This document shows positions 60,046 to 64,000 of a stretch of 64,000 bases of DNA, one piece after another. The notes beneath the pieces were generated by a model. The model was given only the letters and a program-made list of their open reading frames with translations, made no database searches and was not told the DNA's origin. How positions within the stretch are numbered: the stretch's first letter is position 1; each line of letters opens with the position of its first letter. Location of the stretch: the NCBI GenBank assembly GCA_963737655.1, contig CAVTTN010000002.1:1984001-2048000 (forward strand). Reading direction: 5' to 3'. The stretch is from an uncultured Planctomycetota bacterium (GTDB taxonomy: Bacteria; Planctomycetota; Planctomycetia; Isosphaerales; Isosphaeraceae). The position numbers were made by a program, and so were the translations under genes.

Positions 60046-60915
60046 ATGGCCACTTCCGATCGGGATCGTGAACGCGAACGCAACCTGGCCGTCTTCGTGG
60101 ATCTGGAGAACCTCGCCATGGGGTTCCAGAACCAGCGCAAGGCGAAATTCGAGATCCAGAAGGTCCTGGAGCGGCTCGTCGAGAAGGGCAAGCTCATCGT
60201 CAAGAAAGCCTACGCCGATTGGAGCCGCTACCAGGCCTATACCGCCCCGTTCCACGAGGCGGCCATCGAGCTGATCGAGATCCCCAAGCGCAGCCTGACC
60301 GGCAAGAACTCCGCCGACATCCGGCTCGTCGTCGATGCCATGGACCTGGCCTGGAGCAAGTCCCACGTCGATACCTTCGTGATCGTCTCCGGCGACAGCG
60401 ACTTCTCCCCGCTGGTCTCCAAGCTCAAGGAGAACGGCAAGCACGTGATCGGCCTGGGGATGAAGGGATCCACCTCCGAGCTGCTCCGCGACAACTGCGA
60501 CGAGTTCATCTATTACGAGGACCTCGAACGCCAGGAGCAGGACGACCAGGAGATCGTCACCCAGATCGATTCGTCCTTGCCCGAGAGGAAGCGCGAGGTC
60601 TATACCCTGCTGGTCGAGGCGTGCAACGCGCTGCGTCGCGAGAATCATGAAGTGCTGTACGCCTCGATGATCAAGGACACGATGAAGCGCAAAAAGCCGT
60701 CGTTCGACGAGAGCTATTACGGCTATCGCAGCTTCACGCACCTCCTGGAAGACGCGGACAACGCGGGCCTGGTCGATATCGAGCGGAACCCCAAGAGCGG
60801 GACGTACATGGTCACGCGGTTCGGCGAACGGGAGTCGCCCCGGACGTCGCCCGAGCGCCCGGGTCGCCGCCCGAACCGGATGGGTCACCGCGACCGCCCC
60901 GAGGACGTCCGCTGA
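60046..60915 (+). CDS. NYN (LabA/DUF88) domain protein with OST-HTH/LOTUS domain
   Basis: VFVDLEN, KNSADIRLVVDAM, SGDSDF, FDESYYGYRSF. Confidence 0.93.
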   Translation: MATSDRDRERERNLAVFVDLENLAMGFQNQRKAKFEIQKVLERLVEKGKLIVKKAYADWSRYQAYTAPFHEAAIELIEIPKRSLTGKNSADIRLVVDAMDLAWSKSHVDTFVIVSGDSDFSPLVSKLKENGKHVIGLGMKGSTSELLRDNCDEFIYYEDLERQEQDDQEIVTQIDSSLPERKREVYTLLVEACNALRRENHEVLYASMIKDTMKRKKPSFDESYYGYRSFTHLLEDADNAGLVDIERNPKSGTYMVTRFGERESPRTSPERPGRRPNRMGHRDRPEDVR

Positions 60916-61162
60916 ACCCTCGCCCCGCGGCCGGGCCCGGATGACCTCGGCTCGGGTGGCCGGGGCCCGGCCGCGATGGGGCCGGGCCCCGGCGGACCCG
61001 AGGCCCAGGCCGAGCCGCTGCCCTGTGGCCCCGGGGCGACCGACCGGGTAGTCTGGGCTTTTCCCCTCGCGGCGCCTCGGTCGCGACGCTGGGCCCGCGC
61101 CGCCGCCCGAGCCTCTCCCCGTCGCGACTTCCCCTCGCGTTCCCGTCCGTGGAGACCGCCCC

Positions 61163-62104
61163 ATGTCCGAAGGATTCGACGATCCGCTCCCCATCGACCC
61201 TCCCCACGACCCCCCTCCGGCCGTCCCGCCCCGCCCGCCGGCTCCGGCCGTGACCGCGGTCCGGGCCCCCGTCGCGCCGCCCGTCGAGGAAGCGGCGGGC
61301 CGATCGATCTTCCCGGCCGTCCTCGGCGTCCTGTTCCTCGGGGCGATCGTCGGCTCGGTGGTCATGGAACGCATGCCCGCCCCGCCGGCCCAGGCGGCTC
61401 AGACGACGACGGCCTCCGAGGCCTCGACCTCGACGCCCCCGAAGACCGAGTCGGCGACGCCCCCGGGGGGAGACGACGTCAAGGCCCTCCAGGCCCGGGT
61501 CGAGGAGCTGACCAAGAAGCTCGACGCCATGCCCAAGCCCGAGCCCGCCCCGGACCTCAAGCCGATCCAGGACAAGCTCGACACGCTCAGCAAGGCCGTC
61601 GAGTCCTCGGGCGACGCCCCGAAGAAGGTCGAGGAGATCGTCGGCATGCTCCCGACGATGGAGAAGGAGCTCGCCGCGGTCAAGGCCGAGAACGAGGCGC
61701 TCAAGGCCCAGGTCGCCGCCCTCGACGACAAGATGAAGGCCATGCCGGCCCCGACGACCTCCCCCGCCGCGAATCCGGCCGAGGCCGCCAAGCCCGCTCC
61801 TCCGGCCATGTCCGAATCGCTGACCGAGGGCGTCGCCCTGTTCAAGCAGAACAAGTTCGCCGACGCCCTGACCGCCCTGAAGAAGGACCCGAAGGACGCC
61901 CGGGCCCTCGATTTCGCCGCGCTGGCCAGCGGCTTCGCCACCAACAACTGGAAGGGAGAGGCCGTCGAGCTCGCCACCCAGGGCGTCCAGGCCGAGAAGG
62001 CCGGCAGCCCGCCCAAGCCCGAGATCGACGCCGCCTTCGCCGGCCTGACCGACGCCCAGGGCAAGGCGTGGCTCGACTTTTACCGCAAGGTCGCCGCCAA
62101 GTGA
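61163..62104 (+). CDS. Membrane-anchored coiled-coil protein
   Basis: Pro-rich N-terminus, single TM helix, heptad repeats. Confidence 0.8.
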   Translation: MSEGFDDPLPIDPPHDPPPAVPPRPPAPAVTAVRAPVAPPVEEAAGRSIFPAVLGVLFLGAIVGSVVMERMPAPPAQAAQTTTASEASTSTPPKTESATPPGGDDVKALQARVEELTKKLDAMPKPEPAPDLKPIQDKLDTLSKAVESSGDAPKKVEEIVGMLPTMEKELAAVKAENEALKAQVAALDDKMKAMPAPTTSPAANPAEAAKPAPPAMSESLTEGVALFKQNKFADALTALKKDPKDARALDFAALASGFATNNWKGEAVELATQGVQAEKAGSPPKPEIDAAFAGLTDAQGKAWLDFYRKVAAK

Positions 62105-62134
62105 CCGCAGCCGATCCTCGGCGGAGGGTATGGG

Positions 62135-63349
62135 CTACTCGTGCCGGAGGGCGTCGATCGGGTTGAGCAGGGCGGCCTTGACCGCCGGCAGCAGCCCGAA
62201 CGCGACGCCCGTCCCGGCCGAGATCCCGAAGCCGAGGATCACGGCCCACGTCGGGACGATGATGTCCACCATCCTCGGGTGGAGGCTCGCCAGGGTGCTC
62301 ACGCCATAGCCCAGGCCGATCCCGACCCCTCCGCCCAGGAGGCTCAGCACGACCGCCTCGGTCAAGAACTGCAAGAGGATGTCCCGCCGCCTCGCCCCCA
62401 CGGCCTTCCTCAGGCCGATTTCCCGGGTGCGCTCGGTCACGCTGACCAGCATCACGTTCATGATCCCGATCCCGCCGACGAGCAAGGAAATCCCCACGAT
62501 CCCCGCCAGGACGACCGTGGCGATCAGGCTCATGCTGTTGAACGCCGCGAGGATCTCATCCTGGGTGCGGATCTGGAAGTCATTGGGCTGATAGGCCGAC
62601 AATCCGTGGCGACGGCGCAACAGGTTGATGATCTGCGCCCTCGCCTCGGGCACTTCGGGCTCGGAGGTCGCCTGGGCCGTGAACGCCAGCTTCCTCCGGG
62701 AGGTCGGGTACATCTTCAGGGCGATCGTATAGGGGATTAAAACGATGTTGTCCTGGCTGTCGCCGACGAGCGACCCTTTCTCGGCCAGGATGCCCACCAC
62801 GCGGAACCTCTGGCCCTGGATCAGGAGGGTCTGGCCCAGGACGTCGTCCTCGGCCTCCAGCTTTCGGAGCACCTCCCGGCCGAGGAGGCAGACGTGGTGG
62901 GCGCGTTCCACGTCCACCACCGAGAACGGCCGCCCCTCCTGGACCGGGAAGTTGCGGATCGCGTGGTACGACGCCGCCACGCCTTCCAGCGGCACGTCGA
63001 TCTCCTGCCGTCCCAGGCTCAGCCGGACCGCCGGGCGGCGGATCAACGGCGAAATCTCCTTCAGGGCCGAGCACTGCCGGGTCACGGCCTCGATGTCGTC
63101 CACGGTCAGCTCGACCCGGCCCAGCGTCTTGCCCGCGTCCCCCGGAGGCCGATACGGCCAGACCCACATGGCGTTGGTGCCGAGACCCTGGAGGAAGTCG
63201 GCCACATACGTCGTGAACCCCCGGACGACGCTCACCACCGTGATCGTCGAGGCCACGGCGATCACGATCCCCAGGACCGTCAGCGCCGAGCGCATCTTGT
63301 TCGAGACCAGTTGTTCCAGCGCCGTCCGGACGTTCGCGAGGATCAGCAT
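62135..63349 (-). CDS. ABC transporter permease (MacB/FtsX family)
   Basis: RSALTVLGIVIAV, ISLLVGGIGIMNVMLVSVTERTREIGLRKAVGA, PIDALRHE. Confidence 0.95.
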   Translation of the reverse strand: MLILANVRTALEQLVSNKMRSALTVLGIVIAVASTITVVSVVRGFTTYVADFLQGLGTNAMWVWPYRPPGDAGKTLGRVELTVDDIEAVTRQCSALKEISPLIRRPAVRLSLGRQEIDVPLEGVAASYHAIRNFPVQEGRPFSVVDVERAHHVCLLGREVLRKLEAEDDVLGQTLLIQGQRFRVVGILAEKGSLVGDSQDNIVLIPYTIALKMYPTSRRKLAFTAQATSEPEVPEARAQIINLLRRRHGLSAYQPNDFQIRTQDEILAAFNSMSLIATVVLAGIVGISLLVGGIGIMNVMLVSVTERTREIGLRKAVGARRRDILLQFLTEAVVLSLLGGGVGIGLGYGVSTLASLHPRMVDIIVPTWAVILGFGISAGTGVAFGLLPAVKAALLNPIDALRHE

Positions 63350-63358
63350 GGAGGCGCC

Positions 63359-63927
63359 TCAGCCAAAGATCAAAGGATAGGCGATCAAGAGCGCGATATT
63401 CGCCAGCCAGAGCCCGCCGAGGACCAGGCCGAAGGCGTCCGGCCGGCGGATTCGGAACCGCCCGATCAGGGCGAGGAGCACCCAGGCGCCCAGGACGCGC
63501 CGGGCACGCGGAATTCCAGGGCGTTGCGGAGGTCATAAGACAGGGCAGGAGGGCCCGCGAAGGTCGGCCTCCCGCTCAGGCACTGGAGGAGGGCCGAGAT
63601 CCCTCCCACGATCACCGCGACCGTCACGGCGAGCGCCCCGGGACGCCTCAGAGACCGCCCCCGGCTGGCGATCGCGGCTCGGAGGGTCGGGGCCGCCGCG
63701 CCCAGGGTGATCGGGCCGAGGACGAAGGCCGAATCGTGCCAGAACCGCCGGAACGGCCACTCCCCGGCCGAGGCCCAGCCCGCCGCCGGGACCGGCCCCG
63801 CCGGCTTCGGCTCCATCCGAAGGAACTGGGCGTCCGCCCAGGCGGCCGCGAACCCGCCCGCGACCAGGGCCGCGATCACGCAAGACAGGTCCAGGAGCAC
63901 GGCGATCCGGCGGAGACGGTCGGCCAC
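63359..63927 (-). CDS. Hypothetical membrane protein (frameshift near 63497)
   Basis: Hydrophobic helices continue in the shifted frame VLGAWVLLAL...AYPLIFG*. Confidence 0.6.
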
Positions 63928-63937
63928 GGGCGATCCC

Positions 63938-64000
63938 TCAAGACATCCACGACACGAGCTTCTGGAGCCACGGCAGGAGGAACGGACCGATCAGGACCAC
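63938..64000 (-). CDS. 3' end of a membrane protein gene (partial)
   Basis: VVLIGPFLLPWLQKLVSWMS* open to the window edge. Confidence 0.45.
   Translation of the reverse strand: MVLIGPFLLPWLQKLVSWMS

Noticed and set aside
1..64000. tRNA, rRNA, riboswitch, integrase or reverse transcriptase genes
   Set aside because: None was recognisable by eye; covariance-model searches would be needed to exclude small RNAs.

Overview
High-GC DNA typical of a planctomycete, probably Isosphaeraceae-like (inferred from DUF1501, DUF1559, DUF1570 and TIGR03067 genes, 'EXLEXRXLLS' export motifs, extended ECF sigma factor and Ser/Thr kinases). The most notable feature is at 1-3191: the distal end of an integron-type gene-cassette array. 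It has six related attC sites with canonical R''/L''/L'/R' geometry, separating five complete single-gene cassettes plus one partial gene. No integrase is present in the window. The attC sites decay toward the array end. Four of the five full-length sites carry a sigma70 -10-like hexamer in the loop, and every cassette starts with GGAG, so each attC may also serve as an expression module (inference). The rest is mostly core or accessory chromosome: TolB-like, DUF1501, esterase, metallophosphoesterase, sulfotransferase, three kinases, a MotA/ExbB-like pair, hpnCD, cyclophilin, ferredoxin, HNH, leuB, two Uma2 genes, YfhO/GT2-GtrA, a T2SS/pilus-like operon, TPR, RRM, NYN and an ABC permease. Also present are an intact IS5-family element that splits a reconstructable 315-aa gene, several REP/MITE-like palindrome families (one apparently supplying a signal peptide) and a secreted decapeptide-repeat protein. 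At least 13 genes carry single-base frameshifts without nonsense codons, most likely long-read consensus errors. Family assignments come from motif recognition by eye; no database searches were run.
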